A stretch of DNA of 55,431 nt, filler included, from Porpidia crustulata (taxonomy: Eukaryota), in assembly GCA_964255105.1 (NCBI GenBank). It is 4 parts of 4 records of this genome, joined end to end, with 100 filler letters (N's around TTAATTAATTAA, not from the genome) between each part and the next. Parts side by side here need not be neighbours in the genome. Positions count along the whole stretch, not along the records: positions 13,910 to 27,714 come from CAXUWE010000413.1; positions 27,815 to 41,592 come from CAXUWE010000414.1; 2 more parts are not named here. One strand, written 5' to 3'. Positions 23,082 to 36,738 of the stretch are shown piece by piece. Position numbers and translations under genes: made by a program. The notes beneath the pieces are model-generated. The model was given only the letters and a program-made list of their open reading frames with translations, was not told where the DNA came from and did no database searches. Numbering within the stretch: position 1 is the first letter of the stretch; every line of letters starts with the position of its first letter.

Positions 23082-24754
23082 TCAGTCATCATCCATTGAT
23101 TCCCATCCATTGCCGGCCGTCGCTACGCCACCAGGTTCATTGCCTCCCTCGTCTTCCGAGTCGCTGCTGTCTTCATCTACACCCACGATCCTCTCTTCTC
23201 TTGACTCATCCCGTAAAGGAGCCATGCGGGTTGCGAAAGCTCCACGGATAGCCGGATTTGTAGACGTATCCCAGATTTGCATGGCGCCCTTGCTCCCCGC
23301 GACCGCTAATCGAAAGGCCACCTCGGGATCTGGTGCAAACTTGGTCGTGAAGACCTTACCAACCCCAAGATTGCGAGATACAACCATACCGGGTCCGTTT
23401 GGCTGCACATTCCACAGCTTCACCTCCTTGTCCGTCGAACCAGTAGCCAAGAACCCGGGAATTGTGGGGTTGATATCAAAAGACGCGATGGACTCATCAT
23501 GGGCTTGCAATGTCCAAACAGGCTGCGATGACTCGGGCGTGGGCGGGCAAGTTCGAACATCATGATAATGAATAATTCCACTCTCGGTTGTAACATAGAA
23601 GAAATTTGGATCGTGCAGATTCCACGTCACCGTCTCAACGTCGCTCTCCACTGCCCATCTGGGTACCTTTGCATCTGAAGCTCGCATGTCTGCAGCAACT
23701 ATTGTTCGGTCATAGCTTCCGCTCAACAACACGGTCGTATCGCTCGGGTGCCACGCTATCGAGCATACCTTATCTGTGTGATTTGAGTAAGACTTTGCAC
23801 ACTTTGCAGTATTCAGTTCCCAAAGCTTCACTGTTTTATCTGCTGACGCAGACGCCAGCAGGTTGCGGTGATGTCGGTTTGCAGCCAAGGAGAGTACAGC
23901 ATCAACGTGATAATCATCATTGGCTTTTTTCGATTTCTTTCTCTTTTTCTTTCGCTTTTCCTGGCCTATCTCTCCATTGCCCTGTTCACTTCCTTGGCCG
24001 AGAATAGCATTAGGATACATGCAGTCAACTGTGTCCAAGTCCCAAATCTCGATATCTGGGTCCATTGTACCAACGGCGACAAAGTTACCCTTCGCATTCG
24101 AGTCTGCGATGGTTTTGCCGATTGGAAGGTCCAGCCACTCCACACAAAGGGGAATTGCAGGAAGCATGACGTCGTGGTGAACATAAAAATTATCTGCCTC
24201 ATCTTCATACACATAGACTTCCAAATGCGCAACTTCGTCTTCAACCTTCGCAGCCACTACCATGTTGTCTGTGGCCAGGATCTGTAGTTCTTCCTTCTCT
24301 TCATCCTCGTCCTCATTCTCTTGGAGAGTGATATATGGATCGTCCGCATTAGATTGATGGTAAGCCAGGGACTGAGCATTGCCAAACATCGCCATAGTCT
24401 TACCGTCCTCGTTGATAACATCACTGTCATAGTGCTCCAGATCATACTCCTTAAGGTCGTCGTCTGAATCGCTAGGCGCAAAGGTCAGAACACGTCTAAG
24501 GAAAGCTGCTGGAAGACATACTCATTAGACCTTGGCAGTACTCCCCCGCTGCTTTCTTCCTCCGACGCGTCTTCCGTAGCTTCCTCTTCTTTGTGGCTGT
24601 TCCTTGCATCGTCCAAGTCCTCTTTCGCATCTTCAAGCTGTAGTTTCGCTAGCTTCGATATACGAGCGAGCTCGTGCTCGTCAACATCGTACTTTATGGG
24701 AAACTTAGCTGCCGATCCTCGCGGCACCCAGAGCGAAGCCGTGATCATAGACAT
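23082..24754 (-). CDS. PWP1: Periodic tryptophan protein 1 (WD40 ribosome-biogenesis factor); intron 24521-24472
   Basis: MITASLWVPRG N-terminus, LEVYVYE...YVHHDVMLPAIPLCVEW, AVGTMDPDIEIWDLD and WD repeats; 50-nt GTATGT...CTGAC...TAG intron. Confidence 0.93.
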
Positions 24755-24977
24755 GTCGAGACTATTGGACGGGTTGGCGTGTAGGCCTGAGAAATTATAG
24801 AAATTTATTGTGCGGATATCATCGCACGGCTAAACTCGGGAAAAGCTTCCCAAATTGTGAGCTTGAACGTCGGCAATATTGATTGCAGACGCCGACTTCA
24901 ATCAAACATCCACTCATCCACAGATTTGATCATTCAAAGGATTGTATCTGTAGGTCGCTCGAGAGGCTGTACCATCT

Positions 24978-27714
24978 ATGGCGCGCGAAGGTAGTCCCAA
25001 GAGAAGAAAACTTGACTCGGACCGCTTCTCAGTGCCCTCGCGGCCGTCTACTACCAGTGCTAGGTCTTTTCGAGGCGTCCAGACCCCCCGACATACCAAG
25101 AGCAACGCGCCATATGAGACTCCAAGCATCGCAAGAAATGGCTTTGGGCGCCCGAGTACCTCATCCACGCAACGGGGATCGCGATATGCGGCTACACCAC
25201 ATCAACATGAATTTGATGGCCCCGAGCCAATGATTGGTAAAGAAGACTCAAATGCGCTAGATCGAGATTGGTATGCTGGTGATGAATTTGGGTACAGCCT
25301 TGGCGATGAGTCTCATAACCCTTTTGGGTCCGCGGACAATTCTTGGGCAGATCAGCAGAGGGAAGCAGCCCTTGTTGAGAAAAAGAATGGCAAGCGGGTT
25401 AGCGCAAGGGCTGTTCAGAAACAGCGGGATGTGGATGCCTGGGAGGTCAATCGTATGCTCACATCTGGAGTTGCCCAACGACGGGATTATGATGGCGACT
25501 TCGACGATGATGAAGAGGCTACAAGGGTACATTTATTGGTACATGATATCAAGCCGCCGTTCCTGGACGGCCGGAAAATATTCACCAAGCAATTGGATCC
25601 AGTGCCTGCTGTCCGCGATCCGCAGAGTGACATGGCAGTTTTTAGTCGTAAAGGGAGCAGGGTTGTCAAGGAGAAGAGGCAGCAGAAGGAGAGGCAAAAG
25701 CAAGCCCAAGAGGCTACGAATATGGCCGGTACAACCCTGGGTAATTTGATGGGCGTCAAAGATGATGAAGGAGATAGTGCTGCACCTGCTCCAGGTGAAG
25801 AAGAGCTCAAATCAGGCACCAAATTTGCAGAACATCTCAAGAGGAACGACGGGCAAAGTAATTTTAGTAAGAGCAAGACTCTTCGAGAACAGAGAGAGTA
25901 TCTTCCCGCGTTCGCGGTGCGAGAAGAGCTTCTTCGAGTCATACGGGATAATCAAGTTACTATCGTGGTGGGCCAAACTGGTTCAGGAAAGACGACACAA
26001 TTGACACAATTTCTATACGAGGATGGTTACTCGAAAGTGGGGACAATCGGTTGCACGCAGCCTCGCCGAGTCGCTGCAATGAGTGTCGCCAAACGAGTCA
26101 GTGAGGAAATGGAAGTAAAATTGGGAGGCTTGGTCGGGTACGCCATCCGATTCGAAGATTGTACCAGCAAGGAAACATATATTAAGTATATGACAGATGG
26201 CGTGCTCTTAAGGGAGTCGCTCAATGAGCGGGATCTCGACAGATATTCTTGCATTATCATGGACGAAGCTCATGAACGCGCTCTGAATACTGATGTCTTA
26301 ATGGGGCTTATCAAGCGGGTTCTTACAAGACGTCGAGATCTGAAGCTCATAGTCACTTCAGCAACGATGAACTCCGATCGCTTCTCAAGATTTTATGGAG
26401 GAGCGCCAGAGTTTTTCATACCCGGAAGAACCTTTCCTGTAGATATACAATACTCTCGGTCCCCTTGCGAGGATTACGTCGACAGTGCGGTCAAGCAGGT
26501 TCTGCAGATACATGTATCTCAGCCGGCTGGGGATATCTTAGTCTTTATGACGGGTCAAGAAGATATCGAAGTCACTTGCGAGCTTATCGCAGAACGACTG
26601 AAGATGCTCAATGATCCACCGAAGATAAGTATTTTACCAATTTACAGCCAAATGCCGGCGGACCTGCAAGCCAAGATCTTCGAACAGGCAGCTCCAGGTG
26701 TTCGGAAGGTTATTGTGGCTACCAACATAGCTGAGACTAGCCTGACAGTGGACGGTATCATGTATGTGGTTGATGCCGGTTACTCCAAGCTCAAAGTATA
26801 TAATCCGCGTATGGGTATGGATGCTTTGCAAATTACCCCCATTTCTCAAGCCAACGCCTTGCAACGTGCCGGACGCGCTGGGCGGACTGGCCCTGGCAAG
26901 TCATACCACCTGTATACAGAGGCGGCGTTCAAGAATGAATTTTATATCCAAACGATACCTGAAATTCAGAGGACCAATCTAGCAAACACCGTTCTCCTCC
27001 TCAAGTCTCTGGGAGTAAGAGATCTCCTCGATTTCGACTTCATAGACCCTCCTCCTCAAGACACCATCACCACCTCTCTATTCGATCTTTGGGCACTCGG
27101 CGCACTCGACAACATTGGCGATCTCACCCCGATGGGCAAGAAAATGACCGCCTTCCCCATGGACCCCTCCCTCGCCAAATTGATTATCACCTCCGAAGAC
27201 TACGGCTGCAGCGAAGAAATGCTCACCATCGTCTCTATCCTTTCCGTCCCCAGCGTGTTCTACCGCCCCAAAGAACGCCAGGAAGAATCCGACGCGGCGC
27301 GCGAGAAATTCTTCGTCCCCGAATCGGACCATCTCACCCTCCTCCACGTCTACACCCAATGGAAATCCAACGGCCACTCTGACGGCTGGTGCATCCGGCA
27401 CTTCCTGCACCCGAAAGCTCTCCGGCGGGCCAAGGAGATCCGCGAGCAGCTGCACGACATCATGAAGGTGCAAAAGATGACGCTGACGAGCTGCGGGACG
27501 GACTGGGACGTGATCCGCAGGTGCATCTGCTCCGGCTACTACCACCAGGCCGCCAAGGTCAAGGGCATCGGCGAGTACATCAACCTCCGCACCAGCGTCA
27601 CCATCCAGCTGCACCCGACCAGCGCCCTTTACGGCCTCGGCTACCTCCCGGATTACGTCGTCTACCACGAACTCATCCTCACCTCCAAGGAATACATGTC
27701 CACAGTCACAGCCG
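24978..27714 (+). CDS. PRP16: Pre-mRNA splicing DEAH-box helicase Prp16, 3'-truncated by contig end
   Basis: [17 protein letters not shown] and QRAGRAGR motifs plus Prp16-type [28 protein letters not shown]. Confidence 0.95.
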
Positions 27715-27814
27715 NNNNNNNNNNNNNNNNNNNNNNNNNNNNNNNNNNNNNNNNNNNNTTAATTAATTAANNNNNNNNNNNNNNNNNNNNNNNNNNNNNN
27801 NNNNNNNNNNNNNN
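27715..27814. other. Artificial contig spacer N44-TTAATTAATTAA-N44
   Basis: Same 100-nt linker; interrupts PRP16, which does not resume after it. Confidence 0.97.
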
Positions 27815-27960
27815 AAGAAGGAGAAGTAGTAATACAAACAGAGAAGGAGAGAGAGAGAAGAGAGAGAGAGGGAAGGGCAAAGGGAAAGGGAACGGTGGGC
27901 AGCGGAAGAAAGATGCAGAAAAACAGAAGACGAACGAAACCGAAAAAACCCATCGACATA
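27815..27960. repeat. Purine-rich (GA) low-complexity tract at contig end
   Basis: gagaaggagagagagagaagagagagagagggaaggg... Confidence 0.7.
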
Positions 27961-28705
27961 ACAAAGAATTCGAACAATATAAAAAAAGAATTCTCTGATT
28001 CTCGAATTGATTTTTTTTTCTGCTTCTTTGTCTTTTCTGACGAGGTTGGCGAAGACGGGATAGAGTGGGAAAGTAAGGAGGTTCGATCGTGGATGAGAGG
28101 GCTCGTTAAATTAAGAAAAGATCGAAAACCACGGCAAGAGGCGAAATCACGCGCGCCATAAAATCACGACTGCAGAAATTTCTCTTTGAAAATCAGCACT
28201 TTTCATTACTATATCCAGGATCGCATATCCCATGTTTCGATTCGACTAGGATCATCTCTCCATCTAGAAGGGTTTTCCAAACCCCCCGCCCCCTGCCGCG
28301 TTTATCGTGCTCCACTCCTGTTCCCGTCGCCATTTCCAAACGAACCGCGTGTGCCATCCTGACCAACATCCCATCGACCATTTTGAAATCCCCCTCCATC
28401 TGCGGTCTTAACAGCTCCTCTCTCCATTTTGGTGAGAAGCCTAAATTATCGGCCCCCTGATCTTTGGCCACACGGAGAAAAAGTTCGACAAACCCGGAAA
28501 CGCCCGTCGCTTGCTTGAATCGAGGTATCCGAAAAATCAAAAGGTGTAAATTCGTGATCGGGCCGTGTGAGCCGTTCGAAGCGTGAAGCGAGGAAATGGT
28601 GCTTGGGATCAGGCCGTGCGGCAGGCGCGAGATGAGGGTATGAGGAGGTGTATTGGTTAGTGGATGATTGCATGGGTATCGAGAAACGTCGTTCGAACTG
28701 CCGGT

Positions 28706-30359
28706 TTAATCCTTCCAGTCCCAGACTTGTGCTAGGAAATGTGCCATGTTGACTTTCTTCGTTTTCATCTCGACAATCCATGGATGCTCCAGCATCCGCC
28801 ACGGTGTTGCCCGTCGTGAAGGCTCTTTTTCTAGTCTGCAAAGCCGTACGTTGGTATCAGCGATCTCATAACGTTTGAAGTCAGGGGACTTACGAGCACT
28901 CGATAAAATACTTGAAACTCTCACTCCACTCGATCCCATGTTCCTTCTCGTCCTTTAACTTCGGAATCGGCTGCCTTACGATATACGTCAAAAGATCAAT
29001 CAAACCCGCCCGTGGTTGCATCTCCGTTCCATCTGCCGGGAACGGGAAACGGTGCTGCGCGACTTCGAGGAGAGTGACACCAAGGGACCAGACGTCGGAC
29101 GTTATGGTGTAAGATTGGCCGGTGATGCGCTCGGGAGCCATATAGTAGGATGTGCCAATAAAGGTATTGGCGTCGCCTTTGGTTCCGAATTCGCCACTGA
29201 CGCCGAAATCGCAGAGTTTGACTTGGCCATTGCGGCAGAGGAGAATGTTAGATGGCTTTATGTCTGAGATAGATTTTAGTGGAAATCGAATACATTGGAA
29301 CGTGGTACGATTCACCTCTGTGGATAATCTTCTGGCCATGTAGATAGGTCAGACCGTTCAGAACACCTTCTGCTACTTTCCCCAATACTTTCTCCCCAGT
29401 TCTACCACCAAGCTTCTTGACTTCTCGATATACACCATCTAAACTGCCACCTTGGCAGAATTCCATGGCTATGGATATTGTGCCGCTGGAATCATCAAAG
29501 GCGCCGTAATATTTGCAAATATGCTCCGAGGCACACTCTTTGTTGAAAGCAAGCTCTCGCTTGATCTGTTTCTTGACATCCGGATTCGGGTCGGTGGTGA
29601 TAATCTTGATAACGGTAAGCATAGTTCGGCAGTATGAAGTGAACAACTCGCCTTAAGAGCAAACTCCGTCTTCCCACCCACGAGTTTACACCTCGTTACG
29701 GCCCCACCTGCACCTTCTCCCAAACTGCCGAGCTCTACAATCTTTTTCGTCTCGCTTGCGGCTCTCCAGCCATCGTCGTCCAGATCTTCTACGTCCAGAT
29801 TCCTCCCCTTTTCCAGGCTGAGCTTCTCTAGATCTGGCAAGGCATGGTTACTCCCTTCTCTCTCCATGGCCGCTCCACCTCGCTCTTCAGAATAAACGGA
29901 GCTTATTGCAGAGGCTGGATCCGGTGTTCCGCCATGTCTGAGCGCACCCGTTGGATATGACAGAGCGGAAGATGAGAACGAAGATGCTGAGGTGGGCCCA
30001 GAATTTCTGCCATCCACCATTGTAAAGCTGTCTGATCTCGAATGTCCGCTTCCATCACTAGCACCGCTAGCTGAACTGCCAACATGAGGTTGGGGTGGTG
30101 GGCGACCATTCGATAGTGATTGTCCTTCATGTGGAGTGGTGTTGCTACCCATTGGTGTCGCCAGCCTTAGCTGGGGTGGTGCAGGGCGTGATGATGGCCG
30201 TTGAGATGTTGATAGCGGAGCAAGTTCAGGTATGCTGCCCTTGCCTGCCATGGGCTTCTGATTAGGCGAAGGGGGAATAGCGAGCCCTAGTCGAGGTGTA
30301 CGGGCGCCTCCCTTTGATCCTGGGATGGGCGGGCGAAGAAGAGGCACGGGCGAAGACAT
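28706..30359 (-). CDS. MKK1: MAP kinase kinase of the cell-wall-integrity pathway (Mkk1/Mkk2, MkkA/MEK-1 type); introns 29651-29605 (GC-AG), 29315-29264, 28893-28836
   Basis: [11 protein letters not shown]...PRLGLAIP docking site, [51 protein letters not shown]. Confidence 0.93.
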
Positions 30360-31755
30360 GGCTTGGGTATTGTCGATATCTTCGACCTTCAGCTTTTCTT
30401 GGTCGGCCAAAATGTCAGGGTTCATATCCAGTGCAAAAGTCGGTATGATGTTTCGCCAACAATCAGGTTCTTTTGTGTGACCCGGGTACTATTACCATCT
30501 GCACTTAACCCGTCTAAGCTGAAGATGGAGAGATAATACGCCGGCTGGCGGGATTTGAGGGGCGCTCCTCGACCGTTCTGACAATGGATTTTGTGTAAGG
30601 TTCCGATTTCCAAGATTTTGGTGAAATCTCATATAGGACTCGTGACTGTGAAGTCAGCTAGTCATACCTGGAAGGGTTCCGAAGAGTGACAATAGATGGG
30701 GCAGAACATGAAAATGTGAAGGTAGCTACGGACAGGATTCTATCTTGATTAAGAGAAAGACAGAACATCTAAGATGTCAATACGTGTCGATATGTCTCTA
30801 GGTCGTCCCGCCGAGGTTAGAGTAGATATCAATAGATTATCATTCAAAGTGTCGAGGAGAGCGGGATGGCTTTTGGCGCCCGCAACGGCTTCACCCCCTG
30901 TCACGAAGGATCGTTTCATCACCCGCCATTGGGCTTGCTCGGAAGTATGCATTTCGTAACGTAGTCCACGCAATCACCACTGCGGCATCTCCATACTCTC
31001 AATTCACCTTGTTTCATCTGTTGCATGGCATGTCTCTATATAGGTCTCGTAACGCATAAGTTCCTGGATCATGCATCTGGCGGAACGGCATTCTAGGGAA
31101 GTACGGCGTCTACGCCTAGGTGGACACTTCATCAACTGTACTTGTCTCTCTATGCATGGACTTTGAATCTGACGTCGAACGTTGAAGGATTTTGATAATT
31201 GTTTCTTTCCTATCAGTTGCATTTTTATCTGCCAAGGTCAATGGAGGTGGTGAGACGACTACGTTTCCTCCTTACTCATCATAATTTATGTCTCACATAA
31301 ATAATCAATGAAACAGACAAACGTCATATATCACTATTCAGAAGTTTCTCGTCTTACCTTTGGTTCGTTCTCAGATCTGATCCCTACTCATTCGATGCTT
31401 CGCTGCCAGAGAACTTGCGTACCTTGGAAGTCTGAGAATTTGGATTTTCGTTTCACAAGGTACCGCAAACTGATGGTCGCAAGCGCTCCTATACAAATTG
31501 ACAGGAGATATTATCATCGACTTAAGGGAGCAAAGGAGAAATTCTGGACAGGTCGGAATGCCTGAGCGGATGAACGTTACTCTCCCCTCGTCTATCCAGA
31601 TTTGGTTGGGTACACCACACAATTAAGGGTGTCTTATCTGATTGCTAGAAATACTACACGATGAGACATTGTCCAGTCCTAGAATCCTCTTCATACATGC
31701 TGATGATATTACCCCTTTATCGATCTTTGCTCCCGAAACACATTTCGATGGGCAC

Positions 31756-33092
31756 CTACAATTTACTCCTTCGCTGTTCTGAAACTGGTGTCACCAATTC
31801 GCCAGTCTCCAAGGCGCTGCGCACGTTGTCGATAACAAGGGTTTCCATGGCACGCTACACCGACTATTTATTAGTGAAATGCGTCATTTAAGCCGCCAAA
31901 TTTGGTTGGAGAAAGGATTGAACGTTGGGCTCATGGGGAATCCCTCCAAAGTCGGCATACCTGAATCTCAAAGGTCAAACAAGCAGCATGTGGTAGAAGC
32001 ACAACATTGTCACTCTCAAGCAAGCTGGGATGCACTTCTGGCTCATGCTCAAAAACATCTAGGCCGGCGCCAAAGACTTTTCCTGATTCCAACGCCTCTA
32101 CAAGCGCGTTTTCATCAATAATTGAACCCCTCGCCGTGTTCACAATGACAACCCCATCCTTCATCATCTCAAATTCCTTCTGTCCTAACATGTGTCTTGT
32201 GGCGTCTGACAAAGGTAGATGGATGCTGATTACATCACTGGTTTTTAGTATTTCCTGAAATGATACATATGTCGCATTAGCAGGATTCTGCTCACCGAAC
32301 ACTGGTGTTCGGTTGTGATACTGTATATGGAACCCAAATGGGACTGCTCGCCGTGCAAGCGCTCTTCCAATACCACCCATGCCAAGGATGCCGAGCACTT
32401 TACCTCCTGGATCATGGCCTAAAGTCATGGATCCACGCCATTTCCCCGCACGGAGAGCGGTTGTGGGAACGTGCGACCGTCGCAACGCGCCGAGGAGAAG
32501 GTACATGGCAGTGTTGGCAGTTCCAGCATCAACAACACCGCAGGTATTGGAGATACCGATACCTGGAAGACACCGGATTGGTCAGAGTGCACGAGCTTGG
32601 TCGACTGGTCAAGTGGGGAAACTTCAACCTCGTGCGGTGCAGGCTTTGACATCGATCTGATCGTAGCCTGCGCCGTTGTGACATATGAATCGGACGCTCT
32701 CGGGCAGGATATCCACAAGTTCTTTGTCAAACCTTCCCGTTATCTGTTGGTTACACAATGATTTTAGAAAAGCTCTCTGATGCCAGCACGATTCATTCGG
32801 ACTCGGTCAACCCACCGTTACAGAGTCATAGGTCCTGGAAATGGCATGAACACCATCATACACACCGCACTTGCACTGATCCAGGAATTGCTCTCGGGTC
32901 CCACTGCTAATTTGCTAGATTAGCCAAGGGTAGTCAGCTAGAGGGTTCACAGGAAGTGTCCAGGGGGAAAGAGCACTAAGCTCGCTATCAGGCTCTTACC
33001 CGAAGCTGAGCGATAGCACTTAGATCTTTCCATTCGGTGTGAGCGTAGACAATCTGTCCTATCAAGAGCACTGTCGGCTGAGAGGCTCCCAT
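31756..33092 (-). CDS. D-isomer-specific 2-hydroxyacid dehydrogenase (glyoxylate reductase-like) with C-terminal PTS1; introns 32999-32915, 32815-32744, 32628-32563, 31960-31855
   Basis: CHNGAGYDQID, GILGMGGIG, NTARG, LDVFEHEP and LLPH motifs; five exons splice in frame and end ...EQRRSKL*. Confidence 0.9.
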
Positions 33093-34324
33093 TTAGACGT
33101 CGAAGAAACCCACAGCTCTTGGACCATGGGAGAATGAGATAACGGCTCAGAACATCGTTGGGTGCCGCGGAGGTTCATCTTATATCACTGCGATACTTAT
33201 GGGCGAGTGAGACTCGTCTTATCCACCAGAATTGAAGCTGTTAAAAGTTTAAATACGGAAACGGCAAAAAGTAGGGCTTGATAGTCACTATCAAAGGGCA
33301 ATCATGCAGAATTGATTATAGAAGAACACCAAACACTCCGAATAGGCTTGCAGGAAGACGGAAAGTGCTTCCCCGGAGGCGATGATGATATGGGGGGGCG
33401 TGGGGTGCCGGGGTGCCAAGCTGTCAAGTGTCAAATTTCACGGCCCCTCGGGCATTGTGGGGATCGATTAGGAAACCCTGGACTGTTGGTGCAAAATGGT
33501 CGGAAATCGAGTTTATCGATCGAAGAGTAAATCGCAGTCAAGATCACCACTTAAACACTATCTAGAGTGCTAGAGTACTTTGAGGTCCACACCTACTTAA
33601 GTACCAACCCACCTACAGTACCACGAACCTAGTACCTACGAGTTCTGTTACCCGGCAGATAAAAGGTCCAAGCAACGCCTGCCGGACGGATAAGCCCGCT
33701 GGCGCTCGAAACTGCCGTACCTGATCGATATTCTAGAACATCGGCCTTCACAATTTCCATGACAATACATCGAGATAGTGAATATAACTGATAGCAATGA
33801 TAGTAATGATATCAACGCACCTCGGCTGAAAGTCAAAATTATCAATTTGCCCCCCCAACCATCGCCTACTCTGCAGATAGTCGACAGAGTTAGCCGTGCC
33901 AGCCACGCTTGCATCTCTCCCGCTGCATAGAAACTACTGGCTCAGAAATTTGCCGAATCGTTGAAATTTTAGGGAATTGATCACCTCCCAGCCGGGTTTT
34001 CTCTCAAGCATGCTCTTTGATTTCGCGCATTTCCTCGTCCAGATTGTTGCCATTGAGTGTATCATCATCAGTACTTCCATGAAAACTATTGTTGTGTTAC
34101 TAGAGAAAGGGCATTTGCGCGGACAAGTTTACACTAGGGTTCTCGGCTATTTTGTCACTAGGTAGCCTTATGCTTTCCCAACCTCCACAGGTTTCTTACC
34201 GGCCATCTCAATCAACTCCAGCCATCATTTTTCCTATCAGATATGTACAGAATGGTTCGCACTAATTCCACGAGCGCTGCGACGATACCGAAGCTACCGT
34301 ACATTCCACGACTTCACGACGGAC

Positions 34325-36738
34325 ATGAATTTGGGTGACGCGAGCCTTCGATTTGTCAATAGTGAGTAAAGAAAGACATGGGATGAGGTGTTCGAGCTGC
34401 AACTAACGCTCCGACGTCATAGCCAGCAGACCGCAACTTATTCATACCACCTCAAAGCAATCTGTTACAGTTTCGGATGACTACTACTCAATACCATCCG
34501 ATGATTCGAGCTCCGACGATCGTACCGCTATTCTACGGTATCAAACACCTCCTTCGCAGATGCGATCCGCCCACGCAAGTCGAGATGCTCTACAGTCAGA
34601 AGCCACGATACCTCCTCTTAGACCGGTAACACGCGAACAGCGTATCCTGGATTCGAAACCTTCGGTGGAGGAGGGCCTTCCTGCACGAAGGCGTACAAAC
34701 AGTGAAACCAGCCCTCCAACGCCCGGTATCGACGATACTCCTTTCGTGCGCTTTGCGCTCGATCAGCTAACTCGGGATGAGGAGCTTCTTGGGCGAAGAA
34801 GGCAAGGGGCCGCAAGTGAAGATTCATATCCCGCTGGAAACGTCATTCTTGATCAAGGCGAAAGTTATCGGTCAACGAAACACGAGAGACAAAATTCAAA
34901 CCTCAATATCAAGCGTCCACAGTCACAGCGTAAGTAGGACAAAATCCAAAGTTTAGCTAGTCTCTGACAGTATCCTAGCAACTCGCAATGTCCTAATGCC
35001 TGTGGAGCCCGACGAAGACTCATTGCAGTTCCCAAGGCTCGATTTCGTACCTCGACCGCTCCGACTCCTTTTTATCGCACCCGTCGTCCTCTGCTGCCTT
35101 CTCATGATGGTGGCCCTCGTGTTCTGCAATACATGGTCAATGCACCATCACGGTTTGCTTCAGTATGACGGCGTGGGAACTAAACGTTACTTTCTGTTTC
35201 AATATCTGCCACAATTACTTGCTACACTTATAATCATTTCGCTTTTTACGATTGTTTCTGCGGTACAGAGAGTACTTCCGTTTAGTATTCTGGCAACAGA
35301 ACAGAATGATCGAAGCCCACGAGCCTTGCACGCCTTAGCGTTGTTTCAGACGAGTTTCCTAACCCCCAATCTGTCACTCTTCAAGAACGGAGAGCGTGTA
35401 TTAGGTTTTTGTTATATAATCTTCTGGATCTCCCTTTTTACTATCCCCCTGCAGAGCTCCTTCTTCCAGACCCGGTACTACATATTAGAAGGTCAAGACG
35501 TTTGGAGGTGGACCGCAGTCGAGCCTGTCGGCTGGACGCTACTTGTGTTATATGTACTCTTGGCAGTCGGCCTTATGCTCATATGGCTGCGCTTCTCAAG
35601 GCGAGCTACCGGGCTGCGCTGGGATCCGGCTTCCCTTGCCGATATATTGGTCCTCCTCAATCGATCAAACATTTCTTCGGACTTTTCTGGGTCAAAACTC
35701 CGAGCAACGTCGCAAACAAGCCGAGCTACGAAAAGCTACAGACTTGGTTATTGGAGTACGTCAAGTCGACCGAACGAAGCGTTCCATAGCTTTGGAGAAG
35801 CCAACGCACCCGGTCATGCAAATAGCGGCAAAGCTGAAACGACACAAGGGGTGGAAGATTCCGAGAAATTCGACCTCGAAGGGCAACGACCAATGGTGCC
35901 TGATTCCTCGACGATGGACGTTCGCTCTCCTGCTGTCCGATACCGATGGATACCATGGTTCCTTAGAGACACCTTTGTGGTAGCCTGGATTGTGAGTGCT
36001 GTTGTATTAACGATAGCTTTCGTCGTCGTTAGCTTCGTGAACCACGCTGTCGAGAACGGATTCCTGCCCTTGCTCCCAGCACCTACCACAACTTCAGGCT
36101 TTTCACCCGCCAATTTCCTCTACAGCTTCCTACCATCTCTTCTCGGCATGGCCCTCTCCCTTGCCTGGCAGTCTATCGACGTCTACTTCCGCGCGCTCCA
36201 GCCATTCGCAAGCCTCTCCAACCGGCACGGCACCACGGCTGAAGACTCCCTCTTGCTCGATTATACTGCTTCTTTCCCATTTGCAGTGACTGTCAAGGCT
36301 GCCTTAGCTGGCCACTACAAGGTTGCTTGGATATCGTTCATCGGCATCCTGTCCTTCCTTATCCCCGTTTTAAGCGGTGGTATCTTTACCGCGCAATTCT
36401 TCGAGGCAACACAGGACGTCCGAATAGCCGCTAGTATGCCGGGATACGAAGCTCTTGTTGTCTTTGTCATTATTTACACTCTCTCCCTCTTCATAATCTG
36501 GCCAACACGAAAACGATACCTACCTCATGACATTCGTACCCTTGGCCAGCTCCTAAGCTTTCTCTATCAAAGCCCATTAGTGGGAGATAAGAATTTTAGG
36601 GAGCCCCAGTCCAAAGTCGATTTGGTGACTCGGCTTCTAGGGGACCAGAAGTACGTATTTCAAATTTACGTTGGGAATGATGGGATTGAGCACCTTGGAG
36701 TCAATTATTCGGATAGACCAAGCCAGGAGAGACGATAA
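34325..36738 (+). CDS. DUF3433-type multi-pass membrane protein; introns 34362-34422 and 34930-34978
   Basis: Duplicated module (YFLFQYLPQL...RVLPF / FLYSFLPSLLG...RALQPFASL...SLLLDY); SDDYYS and TPGIDDTPFVRFALDQLTRDEE N-terminal motifs; GT-AG introns in frame. Confidence 0.8.

Noticed and set aside
27078..27766. Long antisense and alternate-frame ORFs over the PRP16 3' part (also over the AA5 and RTC4-like genes)
   Set aside because: Shadow ORFs caused by high GC at third codon positions of the real genes
27714..28706. PRP16-MKK1 adjacency or any cluster spanning the spacers
   Set aside because: Different contigs joined by size order
30360..30425. N-terminal extension of MKK1 in the ORF track
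   Set aside because: The conserved [11 protein letters not shown] start is at 30359; the upstream in-frame ATG cannot be supported from sequence alone
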